In this document: positions 51,206-60,873 of the stretch, piece by piece | Numbering within the stretch: position 1 is the first letter of the stretch | How the letters are laid out: the number at the start of each line of letters is the position of its first letter | Assembly (NCBI GenBank): GCA_043797665.1 | Contig: JAZDPL010000073.1 | Coordinates: 32,001-96,000, forward strand | Reading direction: 5' to 3' | Source: Candidatus Omnitrophota bacterium | GTDB taxonomy: Bacteria; Ratteibacteria; UBA8468; MWAK01 | Length of the DNA stretch: 64,000 bases | Position numbers and translations under genes: made by a program | Notes under the pieces: model-generated | The model's database searches: none | What the model saw: only the letters and a program-made list of their open reading frames with translations | Told to the model about the DNA's origin: nothing

Positions 51206-54190
51206 ATGGAGTGGAAAGCGAACTGGCTCTGGGCCGCCGGGAGAGGCAAGGCAGTAAATCAATATCTCTACGCGCGAAAAGTCGTGGAGATTCCCGGGGC
51301 AGTTAACAGCGCTCAAGTTTATTGCGCCTGTTTTTCAAGGTATAAATTATACGTTAACGGAAAGTATGTCGGGAGAGGTCCCAGTCACTGCAACCCGGCC
51401 TGGCAGTATTATGATGAATACGGGTTGGCCGGCTATCTGCGTCCGGGCAGGAATGTAATTGCCGTCATTTGCTACAACTATGGAATAGGAACGCACAACC
51501 GACCGTATTGCCGCGGCGGTTTTCTCTTTCAAGGCGAAATTTTTTCCGATAAAGAAAAGATTGCCGTTTTTTCCGATAGTTCCTGGAAGGTATCGCCGGA
51601 GACGCCCTGGGCGCAGGACAGCCCCCGGCTCTTCTTCCCGGCTGGATTCCAGGAGATTTACGACAAACGGAAAGAATCGCGGTGGCTGGACCCGGACTTT
51701 GACGATTCATCCTGGGAGGAACCGGAGATAATCGGTCGTCCGCCCGTGGCGCCCTGGTTACGGTTAATCCCGCGGGAGATACCGCCGTTACGGGAGACCG
51801 CATCATTTCCGGAAAGCATCTTGAGAATCGGCCAGGGAGAACGACCGGACGGTCTCTTTAACATCAACTTTGACCGTTTTCTTGCTCCGGACGAAAACGG
51901 CATTGTCTACGCCCTGACCTATCTGTATTCCGCTGTTAACCGCAAAGCGCAACTGACACTCGCGTGTGACGATGCGTTCAAAGCATGGATTAACGAAAAG
52001 TCTGTTTTGACCCAGAACGGGGAGGGATGGACCAAGTGGATCCCGGACGAAAAGGAAACTTATCACCAGTTTCACAAGGGGTACGGTTGGCCGAAGGAGA
52101 TAGCCGGAATTTCCCTGCGGCGCGGCTGGAATAAGATACTGGTAAAAGTCAGCCAGGGTGTAAAGAGCTGGGGTTTTCTTTTTTACATATCTCCCCTGTC
52201 GGCGGGAATTATCGGGAAGGATATGTTCTATTCCAGCCGCAAAGAATATGAGGACGCGGAGTCCTGGATGTTGGCCGGTCCTTTCCCCGAAACGCTGAAA
52301 GAGGGAAAAGAAATCGGCCTGGAGACAACTTATCCGCCCGAGAAAGAAATAGACTTCAGCAAGTCCTATCCGTCTGACGACCGCAGGGCGAGGTGGAAAC
52401 CGTTTGGGGATGAACGGACGGTTATAGAAGTGGCGGGATTTATGAAAAAGGAAAAGAAGAGCCTCGCCCCGGAAAACTTGTTTGCCAATCCATCGGCAAT
52501 CTTATCGGATAATGAAGAATTTGCCGAAGTCAGAACGGAGGGGCAAAAGTCCACATTCATCCTCTGCGATTTCGGCCGGGAAGTGACGGGTTATCCGAAA
52601 GTTGAAATTGCTGAATGTCGGGGCGGCATCCTGGATTTGGGCTACAGTGAATGGCTGGACGAAAAAGGGAATATTGACCCCACCAGACAGAACATCAAAC
52701 AAGCGGACCGGTTCATCCTCGCCGAAGGACCGCAGACCATCCAGACATTTTCCCGGCGGGCTTTCCGTTATCTTCAACTCACCTTCCGTTCCTGTCCCGG
52801 CTCGGTAAAGATAAGGGACGTGGAAATTATTTCGGTTAATTATCCGGTGGAATACAAGGGATTATTCCATTGTTCGGATGAACTCCTGAATAGTATCTGG
52901 AAGGTGAGCCGTTACACCTTGCAATTGTGTATGCAGGACCACTATGAGGACTGTCCGCTGCGTGAACGTGCCCAGTACTGTGGAGACATGCGCGTGGAAG
53001 CCATGGAAAACTACTACGCTTTCGGGGACTACAAACTTTCCGGCAAAGGTTTGAAACAATTTATCCAGTCGCAGGAGCCCAGCGGCTGGTTCCGCGCCGA
53101 TTACCCCAGCGCCACTTATCACCAGATTGTTGATTACTGCGCCGTTTGGGTCCTTGCTCTGTATGATTACTATTTCTACACCGGAGACATCCGCCTGGTT
53201 TCGGAACTCTACCCGAATCTGCTTGCGGTGTTGGGCTGGCTTGAAGACCAGTTGAACGAGCGGAAACTGATTTCCAAGAAAGAACAATGGTGGGTTTTCA
53301 TTGATTGGGCGGAGATGGACAACAGAGGTGAAGTAACCGGATTTCAGATGTTCTATTACCAGGCGCTTCTGACTGCGGCGAAATTATCTTCCGCATTGGG
53401 TGACCGGAAGCAGGCAAACAGGCAGCGCCGGCTTGCCGACAGGATTAAGGCTTCCATCAACCGATACCTCTGGTCGGATAAGAAAGGCGCCTACGTGGAT
53501 TGCTGCAGCGGGGGTCGTCAGAGTCCCTCGGTCAGTTATCCTGCCAATTGCCTGGCGATTCTCTTTGGGGTTGCCGATGACCGTAAGTCAAGGAAGATTC
53601 ACGCCAACGTCTTTAACAATCCTGCGGTGAAGCCGCTCAACGCCCCCTATTTTTATTTCTATTTTCTGGACACTCTTTTCAACTTTAAAAAAGATAAAGA
53701 AGCGGTTTTGCGGACAAGGGATTACTACGGACGGATGCTGGAACACGGTGCAACCACCTGGTGGGAATGGTTTGAACCCGGAGCGAAGGTCATTCCCAGG
53801 GAAGACGTCAGCCTTTGCCACGCATATTCTTCGGCGCCGGCCTATATTTTTCCTTCGCGCATCTTGGGGGTAAGACCGCTGGAGCCGGGGTTCAGCCGCT
53901 TCTGCGTAGCGCCGATGTTGGGCGGTCTGACGTGGGCCGAGGGAAAAGTCCCGACACCCAAAGGCATCATCACGGTCTATTGGAAAAGGGACCTTAAAAA
54001 AAATTCCTTGGAAATAGAAATAACCGCTCCGGAGGGTTGTCAGGCCGATGTTCTTTTACCCGAGATAAAATTTTCTGAAACCATAGTTAGGGTCAACGGC
54101 GAATTGAAAAAGTCCGGCAGGATTCGGCAAAAAAGGAAAGGAGGGATTAGAAATGGGGTGTTTTGTCCGGGAAGAACCGAGAAGGGTTGA
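51206..54190 (+). CDS. Alpha-L-rhamnosidase (GH78-like)
   Basis: YKLYVNGKYVGRGP, DFGREVTG, RAFRYL, EDCPLRERAQYCGD, GATTWWE, SLCHAYSSAP, VPTPKG. Confidence 0.85.
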   Translation: MEWKANWLWAAGRGKAVNQYLYARKVVEIPGAVNSAQVYCACFSRYKLYVNGKYVGRGPSHCNPAWQYYDEYGLAGYLRPGRNVIAVICYNYGIGTHNRPYCRGGFLFQGEIFSDKEKIAVFSDSSWKVSPETPWAQDSPRLFFPAGFQEIYDKRKESRWLDPDFDDSSWEEPEIIGRPPVAPWLRLIPREIPPLRETASFPESILRIGQGERPDGLFNINFDRFLAPDENGIVYALTYLYSAVNRKAQLTLACDDAFKAWINEKSVLTQNGEGWTKWIPDEKETYHQFHKGYGWPKEIAGISLRRGWNKILVKVSQGVKSWGFLFYISPLSAGIIGKDMFYSSRKEYEDAESWMLAGPFPETLKEGKEIGLETTYPPEKEIDFSKSYPSDDRRARWKPFGDERTVIEVAGFMKKEKKSLAPENLFANPSAILSDNEEFAEVRTEGQKSTFILCDFGREVTGYPKVEIAECRGGILDLGYSEWLDEKGNIDPTRQNIKQADRFILAEGPQTIQTFSRRAFRYLQLTFRSCPGSVKIRDVEIISVNYPVEYKGLFHCSDELLNSIWKVSRYTLQLCMQDHYEDCPLRERAQYCGDMRVEAMENYYAFGDYKLSGKGLKQFIQSQEPSGWFRADYPSATYHQIVDYCAVWVLALYDYYFYTGDIRLVSELYPNLLAVLGWLEDQLNERKLISKKEQWWVFIDWAEMDNRGEVTGFQMFYYQALLTAAKLSSALGDRKQANRQRRLADRIKASINRYLWSDKKGAYVDCCSGGRQSPSVSYPANCLAILFGVADDRKSRKIHANVFNNPAVKPLNAPYFYFYFLDTLFNFKKDKEAVLRTRDYYGRMLEHGATTWWEWFEPGAKVIPREDVSLCHAYSSAPAYIFPSRILGVRPLEPGFSRFCVAPMLGGLTWAEGKVPTPKGIITVYWKRDLKKNSLEIEITAPEGCQADVLLPEIKFSETIVRVNGELKKSGRIRQKRKGGIRNGVFCPGRTEKG

Positions 54191-56138
54191 AATTGGCAAT
54201 GAGCAAATAAGGGTTTCCTGGACCAGACTTCGGGGAAACTTGATTGCCAGAACCGGCGGAGGAGTCTTTTACCGGGAAGGCCGGGAATGGATGAAGGTTG
54301 CCGAATTGGCCGAAGGTGATTGTACAATCAGTAGCGGAACGGGCGACAAATCCCCCAACTTTCCGGTCTCCGGCCGGGTTATTGCAAAAGGAGGCGAAGC
54401 GGTCATGCGCCTGGAATTTCCACTGGTTCACACCGGCACTACCGATTGGCGGATAGAGGGCGAATGGCGTATCATATCAGGCGAAAATAGGGTACACTGG
54501 TCTTATGAATTCATCCCGTCCTGGCACCTTGAATTTACGCCTTCCGGTCCGCTGGAACAAAAGTTTCTTTTAAGCGTCAACTTTAACGTCCTGCCTAATG
54601 TCTGGAGGAACCTTACCGTTCCCTCCTGCTGCGGTTATAAAGAAGGAGACATCTGCTATGCCGTCTTTCCTGAAAAGGAAGACCCTTTTTGGATGCGGTT
54701 GGAAGATCCGGAATGGGTGCGCAACAACGTAAATTCCCTGGAGATAATGAAGTACAAGCATTACGCGTCTTCCTACAAGCCCTCGAAATACTCCAAAGGT
54801 TTGCAGAAGGTGAGGTTGGCCGGTTGGTTTCTGGTGGACCGGATTGATCCGCGGATGCTTCACCAGACATTGTGGAACTATCTGAAACCGGTTCCGAACC
54901 AGGCAGTCCGAAGCCTGAACGAGACATCAAAATTAGCTTTTGACTTTTTGTGCCGTAGTTTCCAGGAGGCAGTCAGGACCGGGTACTTCGTTCCCGGAGA
55001 AGGCGCTTTTACTGATTTGGCCACCGGTTATGACTGGTTTCATATGTACAGCCCCAGTACTTACGGGGTTGGTTTCAGTTGTGGTTACGCCGGCGGTTCC
55101 ATCGCTTTTCTGCTTGAATATTACCGGGCAAAAAAGGATAGACGAGCGCAAGAGATGGCCCGTTCCATCGCCAACTGGGTCTGCCGTCGTGTCCAGGCAA
55201 CGTACGGCGGTTACCATAATATGTACGACGTGATACTCCGGGAAGGCTTCGAAATGGCCGGAGAGGACTACATCAATCCACATACGACCGGGCGCATTGC
55301 GGCAAACATCTTTTCCGCCTATAAACATTTCGGAGCGGAAGAGTATAAGAACTCCGCACTCAATGCCTGTGACTGGCTTTTAAAAATCCAGGAACAAGAT
55401 GGAGCATTACCTTACCGGTTAGTTGCTTCAACCGGTGAACCGGATGGAGTTAAGGCTTATGCGGCAACCGCTCTACAGGTGGCCAGCGCCTGGCTTGCGG
55501 CCTACGAAATAACCGGGAAGAAACATTATCTGAAGTCTTCCCGAAAACTGGCCGAATGGGTTGAATCCCGGTTCCTATGCCGCCGGATAATCAGCGGCTA
55601 CTTCAGTTACGAAAGGCCAGCCAACGGTTTAAGCGACTGGGAAGTTCCCAGCGTCAGTGCACCTTCGTTTGTGATTGAAGCCCTATCCAACCTTTACCGC
55701 GTCACCGATGACCGGAAATATCTCAACCAGGCTGAGGAGGTCGGTTACCTCAACAGCCTCTGGCAGTGGCTGTGGGAATTTCCGGAAGGTTCTCTGGGTA
55801 AGCGGGTAAAGGGTACCTGCCAGGCCGGTTACGGTATGAGTTATACCATAGACCAGATTCTTGGTAACGAACTGCCCAACGTAATCGACGGTTTTTTAAC
55901 TCTATATGAATTGACCGGCAAGAAACACTGGCTTCAACTGGCGGAACTCGGTCTGCCCTGCCTGGCCGAATACCAGCACAGCATTCCAGGTCAACCGATG
56001 TACGGCGCCATCTGTGAGGGCTGGAGTCTGACTGAAGACCGTTTTTTGCCTCACCCAACCGGCTTGGCCGGCGGCACTGCTTATCTGCTACATGTTATCA
56101 TTAAGTATCGGCAATTAACCAGGAGAAACAGAAGATAA
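54153..56138 (+). CDS. Hypothetical protein, probable (alpha/alpha) barrel glycan-active enzyme
   Basis: Repeated AYExTGKKxYL...A helical units; AGGAAAGGAGG RBS; in an operon with glycoside hydrolases. Confidence 0.6.
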   Translation: MGCFVREEPRRVEIGNEQIRVSWTRLRGNLIARTGGGVFYREGREWMKVAELAEGDCTISSGTGDKSPNFPVSGRVIAKGGEAVMRLEFPLVHTGTTDWRIEGEWRIISGENRVHWSYEFIPSWHLEFTPSGPLEQKFLLSVNFNVLPNVWRNLTVPSCCGYKEGDICYAVFPEKEDPFWMRLEDPEWVRNNVNSLEIMKYKHYASSYKPSKYSKGLQKVRLAGWFLVDRIDPRMLHQTLWNYLKPVPNQAVRSLNETSKLAFDFLCRSFQEAVRTGYFVPGEGAFTDLATGYDWFHMYSPSTYGVGFSCGYAGGSIAFLLEYYRAKKDRRAQEMARSIANWVCRRVQATYGGYHNMYDVILREGFEMAGEDYINPHTTGRIAANIFSAYKHFGAEEYKNSALNACDWLLKIQEQDGALPYRLVASTGEPDGVKAYAATALQVASAWLAAYEITGKKHYLKSSRKLAEWVESRFLCRRIISGYFSYERPANGLSDWEVPSVSAPSFVIEALSNLYRVTDDRKYLNQAEEVGYLNSLWQWLWEFPEGSLGKRVKGTCQAGYGMSYTIDQILGNELPNVIDGFLTLYELTGKKHWLQLAELGLPCLAEYQHSIPGQPMYGAICEGWSLTEDRFLPHPTGLAGGTAYLLHVIIKYRQLTRRNRR

Positions 56139-56223
56139 TATATCCAAGGATATTTTGCATTACCAATGCAAATTTGTCTTGATTGATCGGATGCGGAGGC
56201 ACCGTTGGACGCGAGGGGACGAT

Positions 56224-57240
56224 ATGGATAATATCAAGGCGGTAGTGGTTGGGGCGGGGGGTATTTCCGGTGCGTGGTTTGGGCCTCTTAAAGCCGAAGG
56301 GGTGGAAATTATGGCGGTGGTGGAAAAAGATACGGAAAAGGCGAAAACCCGGCTTAAGGAATTTGGTCTTGAGACTGAGATATCCGATGACCTTAAAGGT
56401 GTTCTTAAAAAGAAGAAGCCTGATTTTGTGGTTGACTTAACCCCGCCGGAGGGACACTGTCAGGTTACCTGTACCGCACTTAAAGCCGGCTGCCACGTGA
56501 TTGGCGAAAAGCCGATGGCTTCAAGTATGAGTGAAGCAAGGAAGATGGTGCATACATCAGAAAAGACCGGAAGGCTCTACATGGTCAGCCAGTCCCGGCG
56601 GTGGGATACCAACTTTGAGACCGTCAGGCAGACAATCATAACCGGTGAAATCGGAGTTTTGACCACCGTTAATTGTGGGTTTTTCTTAGGCGCCCATTTT
56701 GGCGGGTTTCGGGACCGGATGTCAAGCCCGTTGATTCTTGATATGGCAATTCATCACTTTGACTTAGTGCGTTTCCTCTCCGGTTTGGACCCGATAACGG
56801 TGGTGGCGAAAGAGTTCAACCCGAAAGGCTCCTGGTATGCGGGAGACGTCTCGGCAAGCTGTATCTTTGAGATGACCGATAGGGTTATCTTTACCTACCG
56901 GGGCAGTTGGTGTTCCGAGGGATGTGCTACCGGATGGAACGGATGTTGGCGGTTTATCGGGGATAAAGGTACCCTGATTTATGAAAAGGACAGCCAGATT
57001 TACGGTCAGGTAGTGGCAGGTTCCGAAGGTTTCTCACTGCCCTTAAAAGACCTGCCGATTCACGCTACGAAAGTAGAATTTACAGGAATGCACGGTGCTC
57101 TTCGGGAAATGCTGGATTTTATTCGTACCGGCAAAAAACCCCGGACAGAATGCCATGACAACATTAAGTCTTTAGCCATGGTTTTTTCCGTGTTAGAAAG
57201 CGCAAAAAAAAGACGCTGGGTACCCGTCCGCACTTTATAG
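56224..57240 (+). CDS. Gfo/Idh/MocA family oxidoreductase
   Basis: VVGAGGIS, HVIGEKPMA, VSQSRRW, DMAIHHFDL; GAGGGG RBS before ATG 56224. Confidence 0.9.
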   Translation: MDNIKAVVVGAGGISGAWFGPLKAEGVEIMAVVEKDTEKAKTRLKEFGLETEISDDLKGVLKKKKPDFVVDLTPPEGHCQVTCTALKAGCHVIGEKPMASSMSEARKMVHTSEKTGRLYMVSQSRRWDTNFETVRQTIITGEIGVLTTVNCGFFLGAHFGGFRDRMSSPLILDMAIHHFDLVRFLSGLDPITVVAKEFNPKGSWYAGDVSASCIFEMTDRVIFTYRGSWCSEGCATGWNGCWRFIGDKGTLIYEKDSQIYGQVVAGSEGFSLPLKDLPIHATKVEFTGMHGALREMLDFIRTGKKPRTECHDNIKSLAMVFSVLESAKKRRWVPVRTL

Positions 57241-57294
57241 TCACATCTATAAAAAAGGTTGAATTAATACCGGGTTTTGCGGTATAATTAAGTA

Positions 57295-57936
57295 GTGAAA
57301 CTGTTCTGGGAAGTCCTGGGCAAAGAGCAGATAAAACTCTTACCCCGCCTCCGGTTTTTAAAAGAAGAAGGGTTCTACTTATCCGGAGGAACCAGCCTTG
57401 CTCTCCAGATTAACCACCGTACCTCGGTGGACTTTGACTTTTATAACGAGAAAGAATTTTCTTCAGAGGATATCGTAACCCTATTTCAGAAAAAGATAAA
57501 AGATACTACTATCGTTCAAACCGGGAGAGGAACTCTGATTACCAAAGCAGGAAATACAGAAATAAGCCTTTTTTATTATCCCTATAAACTTTTAGCGCCT
57601 CTTGTCGAGACCGAAAGCATTGTTTTGACTTCACTGCAGGATATCGCGGCCATGAAATTGGTCGCCATCATTCAGAGAGGTAAAAAAAGAGATTTCTTTG
57701 ACCTCTATTTTTTAGTTAAGACCTTTGGGTTTGGGGAGGTTTTTAAATTGACCTCTCAAAAATATCCGCCGTTCAACCCTTATTTAGGTCTGCGGGCATT
57801 AACCTATTTTGAGGATGCGGAAAGAGAAGATTTAAAAGAAAGGAAAATTGTCTTGTTTAATCCAATCACCTGGAAAGAAGTTAAGGAGTTTTTTATCAAG
57901 GAAACAAAGAACTATTATAAAGAAAAACTGCAATGA
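57295..57936 (+). CDS. AbiEii/AbiGii-like nucleotidyltransferase
   Basis: FYLSGGTSLALQINHRTSVDFDF, DIAAMKL.AI.QRG.KRDFFDLY. Confidence 0.85.
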   Translation: MKLFWEVLGKEQIKLLPRLRFLKEEGFYLSGGTSLALQINHRTSVDFDFYNEKEFSSEDIVTLFQKKIKDTTIVQTGRGTLITKAGNTEISLFYYPYKLLAPLVETESIVLTSLQDIAAMKLVAIIQRGKKRDFFDLYFLVKTFGFGEVFKLTSQKYPPFNPYLGLRALTYFEDAEREDLKERKIVLFNPITWKEVKEFFIKETKNYYKEKLQ

Positions 57937-58241
57937 TTACCAGGATTCCCGGGTTCCTTAAGCATGCTTTCCCTTCCTATAATGTGAATATGCTAAATCG
58001 GAAGGAAGATAAAAGATTGATTATTACTCAGATTTTGAATTATGGGGTTTGGAAAGATATAAAGTGGCTTTACTCTGTCTATAACGAAGAAGATATTAAA
58101 AAAATTCTCAGGGTTCCTGACCGGGGGGTATGGTTCCCTGATGTCTTGAATTTCTGGGAGACCATGCTGGGCATAAAAGTCCCGCCAAAAAAGAGAAAGA
58201 AAGCAATATTTAACCTCCACCCTGATTTTACCGGGGATTGA
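57933..58241 (+). CDS. DUF6922-like small partner protein (putative antitoxin)
   Basis: IITQILNYG.WKDIKWL..VY...IK motif; ATGA overlap with the upstream nucleotidyltransferase. Confidence 0.7.
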   Translation: MITRIPGFLKHAFPSYNVNMLNRKEDKRLIITQILNYGVWKDIKWLYSVYNEEDIKKILRVPDRGVWFPDVLNFWETMLGIKVPPKKRKKAIFNLHPDFTGD

Positions 58242-58260
58242 TTTAGATTAGGTTGTGTAC

Positions 58261-58824
58261 CTACTCCAGGTTGGCGTGGCGTTTCCAGAGGTCTTCGTTC
58301 TTCAGTTCCTTCTTTTTCTGAATCATTATCGTGACGATATCTCCAAAAACTACCAGAGCCTGTTCAAAAAGGTTACTCATCGGCTGGATTGAAGAGACAC
58401 TGGCTGATGAACCGGTTTTGGTGGGTGCGGACAGATGGACGCAGAAGTCCGCGATGCTTTTTAGTGTGGATTTCCGGGCAGAAGTGATTAGACCGATTGT
58501 CGCGCCTTTCTCTCCGGCTATCCGGGCAATCTGAACCGGAAGTTTACTCTCTCCGGAACCGCTGGCAACCAGAAGAAGGTCCTTTTTCGTGATGGGCTTT
58601 TCCGTAACCGAACCGACCGCCTGGCAGTCAATCTGAAGGTGTCCTAACCGCTTTCCCAAACACTGTAAGGCAAGGAAGACCCTGCCGACGCCAAAGATGA
58701 AGACCTTTTCTGCCTTCAGGATTTCCGCAACCAATTTCTCCGCTTCTGCCGGAGTAACCTTTTGAAGTACCGCGCTGATTTCAGCGGTCACCTTCGGCGC
58801 TAATTCTGAATATTCTCTTTTCAT
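58261..58824 (-). CDS. hxlB: SIS-domain 6-phospho-3-hexuloisomerase family protein
   Basis: FIFGVGR, ASGSGES, IQPMSNLFEQ, C-terminal RHANLE; ATGA overlap start at 58824. Confidence 0.82.
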   Translation of the reverse strand: MKREYSELAPKVTAEISAVLQKVTPAEAEKLVAEILKAEKVFIFGVGRVFLALQCLGKRLGHLQIDCQAVGSVTEKPITKKDLLLVASGSGESKLPVQIARIAGEKGATIGLITSARKSTLKSIADFCVHLSAPTKTGSSASVSSIQPMSNLFEQALVVFGDIVTIMIQKKKELKNEDLWKRHANLE

Positions 58825-59738
58825 GGCACGTCTCTTCCCTTTACCCAGTGGCGCCAATATTTTACTGATTCCCGCAGGTTGTGTTCTAAATGACATTCTT
58901 CCGGATAATAAGCCCGGTGACGAATCTCCAGAGCCAAAAGGATTTCGTGTTTGGCTTCCGAACGTCTTAGTGCCGCCAGGACTTTTTCGGGTTGAACGTC
59001 GCCCTTATTATTATACTCCGGAACAAATGGCCAGTGGAAACTACCCTGGTTGTTGCTCTGCTGGATGTGGATGAGCGGAGAGACCTTGCCATAGCGTTCA
59101 ATCCAGGCATAGGGGTCTGCCTCCGGCGCCCCGGGATTCTCCTGGTTCCGGTGGCCTACGTCAAGGCAGAGCAGCATCGGTATGGCCGAACCTTTCATCC
59201 GGGAAAGGAGCCAGTCGTTTTCCTCAAAGGTCGCGCCGGTCTCCCGGGGGGTTGAGGTCGTTTCGTAAAGGAGGTACTTAAGACCCAGTTTCTTACCGTA
59301 ATCAGCCAGCCGGTGGTAAGATTCTATCGCCCGCAAAAGTATTTCTTTCCGGCGTTTCCGGTCCCGGTTGGCGTTAACGGTGAGAATCGCAAAGCAGGTG
59401 CCGAACCCTTCCGCACCCAACCCTGCGGTGAGGTCCGCCATCTGCCGGTAGAAGGTTTCGTAAGCCTTTGCTGCCTCGTCGTCCGGATGACCCAAATAGT
59501 TCTGGTGATGGTTGTGACCGCCGAAGGCGCACTTAATCCGAATATTATTCTTCCGGCAGGACGCCAGCGTTTTTTCGACTAATTTCTTTTGAATCTTTGC
59601 CGGCAGCAGGAAATCAATGACGTCGAAATTGAACTGGATTATGTGGATGCCGCAGGAGGCAACAACATCGGTCCAGGCTTCCGGCTCCATATAGCGGTTG
59701 CCGAAACAGTTGAGGTCAAATCCTAATTTGATATTCAT
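58821..59738 (-). CDS. TIM-barrel sugar-phosphate isomerase/epimerase (EryC-like)
   Basis: LGFDLNCFGNRYMEPEAW, LGHPD, LLYE...PRE, LCLDVGH, DPYAWI, IHIQQ...HWPF. Confidence 0.7.
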   Translation of the reverse strand: MNIKLGFDLNCFGNRYMEPEAWTDVVASCGIHIIQFNFDVIDFLLPAKIQKKLVEKTLASCRKNNIRIKCAFGGHNHHQNYLGHPDDEAAKAYETFYRQMADLTAGLGAEGFGTCFAILTVNANRDRKRRKEILLRAIESYHRLADYGKKLGLKYLLYETTSTPRETGATFEENDWLLSRMKGSAIPMLLCLDVGHRNQENPGAPEADPYAWIERYGKVSPLIHIQQSNNQGSFHWPFVPEYNNKGDVQPEKVLAALRRSEAKHEILLALEIRHRAYYPEECHLEHNLRESVKYWRHWVKGRDVP

Positions 59739-60775
59739 GGGTTTATCACTACTTTTAAGGCACTGTGGCTTTCCACGGTTTCAAAAGCCTTTACGATTTC
59801 AATTAAGGGAAACCGGTGCGTAATCAATTTGCCGGCATCCACTTTTCCGGAAGCGATTAATTCTAAGGCTTCTTTATTCTGGCGTGCCAGAGAGGAAGAG
59901 GCACCGCTGACGAAGAACTCTTTGTAATGGATTTCGTTGGCGTTAATCGTTATCCGGTAGTCATCCTTGGGCAATCCGCCAAAGAGGTTTATCCTGCCCC
60001 GGGGCGCCAGGAGTTTAAAAGCCCCTTCCTGAGCCTGCCGGGAAGGCGCGCAGACAAAGATGACGTCCGCACCCAGGCCGTTGGTCTCTTTCATTACTAT
60101 CTCCGCAAGGTCTTCCTCCTCAGAAGCGATGATTCGGTCCGGACTGAATTTTTTTGCTAACTCCAGCCTTGCCTGACTGCGCTGGGTTATCAGGATTTTC
60201 CGGGCTTTGTGCAATTGCGATAAGAGTATCTGGATACAGCCGGCCGGTCCGGCGCCGATAATCAGGACGACGTCGCCTTCCCTGACCGGGCAGTTCTCCC
60301 GGGCGTTCAAACTGCAGGCTAAAATCTCTGAAATGGAAGCTTCGTCAAAGGACAATCCATCAGGAATTTTATTGACAAAACCCAACCGGACCACATTTTC
60401 CGGCGGAACGACGTATTCCGCAAAACCGCCGTCAGAAGCGTAGCCGATGGCAGGACAGGGTCTGATACAAACATTACTGTTGCCGGAAAGACAAAGCCGG
60501 CATTTCCCGCAGCCGTGTCCGGGCGCCACGCAGACCCTATCCCCTTCCTTAAAGCCTTTCAGTTTTTTGCCTACCGCCTCCACCACGCCGGCAATCTCGT
60601 GGCCAATGACAATCGGGTACTTTGCCCGGGTATCTCCTTTCCGGAAGATGCGCACGTCCGAACCGCAGATGGCACAGGATTCAACCTTGACCAGAAGGGA
60701 ATTTCCGCCGGGCGCTGGTTTTGGTTTTTCCACCAGTTCCATCTTACCCAAACTTACTACCTGTGCCACCAACAC
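59735..60775 (-). CDS. Zn-dependent polyol dehydrogenase
   Basis: CAICGSD, GHEIAG, CGKCRLC...C, GAGPAG; GGAGGT RBS before GTG 60775. Confidence 0.88.
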   Translation of the reverse strand: MLVAQVVSLGKMELVEKPKPAPGGNSLLVKVESCAICGSDVRIFRKGDTRAKYPIVIGHEIAGVVEAVGKKLKGFKEGDRVCVAPGHGCGKCRLCLSGNSNVCIRPCPAIGYASDGGFAEYVVPPENVVRLGFVNKIPDGLSFDEASISEILACSLNARENCPVREGDVVLIIGAGPAGCIQILLSQLHKARKILITQRSQARLELAKKFSPDRIIASEEEDLAEIVMKETNGLGADVIFVCAPSRQAQEGAFKLLAPRGRINLFGGLPKDDYRITINANEIHYKEFFVSGASSSLARQNKEALELIASGKVDAGKLITHRFPLIEIVKAFETVESHSALKVVINP

Positions 60776-60807
60776 TGGTACCTCCCAGATCCTTAAACAT
60801 TTCACTC

Positions 60808-60857
60808 GTAGGGGTCGGATTTATCCGACCCGCGGGCTTGATGAATCAAGCCCCTAC
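60808..60857. repeat. GTAG-family REP doublet inside an operon
   Basis: GTAG-GGGTCGGATTTATCCGACCC-GC-GGGCTTGATGAATCAAGCCC-CTAC. Confidence 0.9.
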
Positions 60858-60873
60858 AATTATCCAAACTCTA

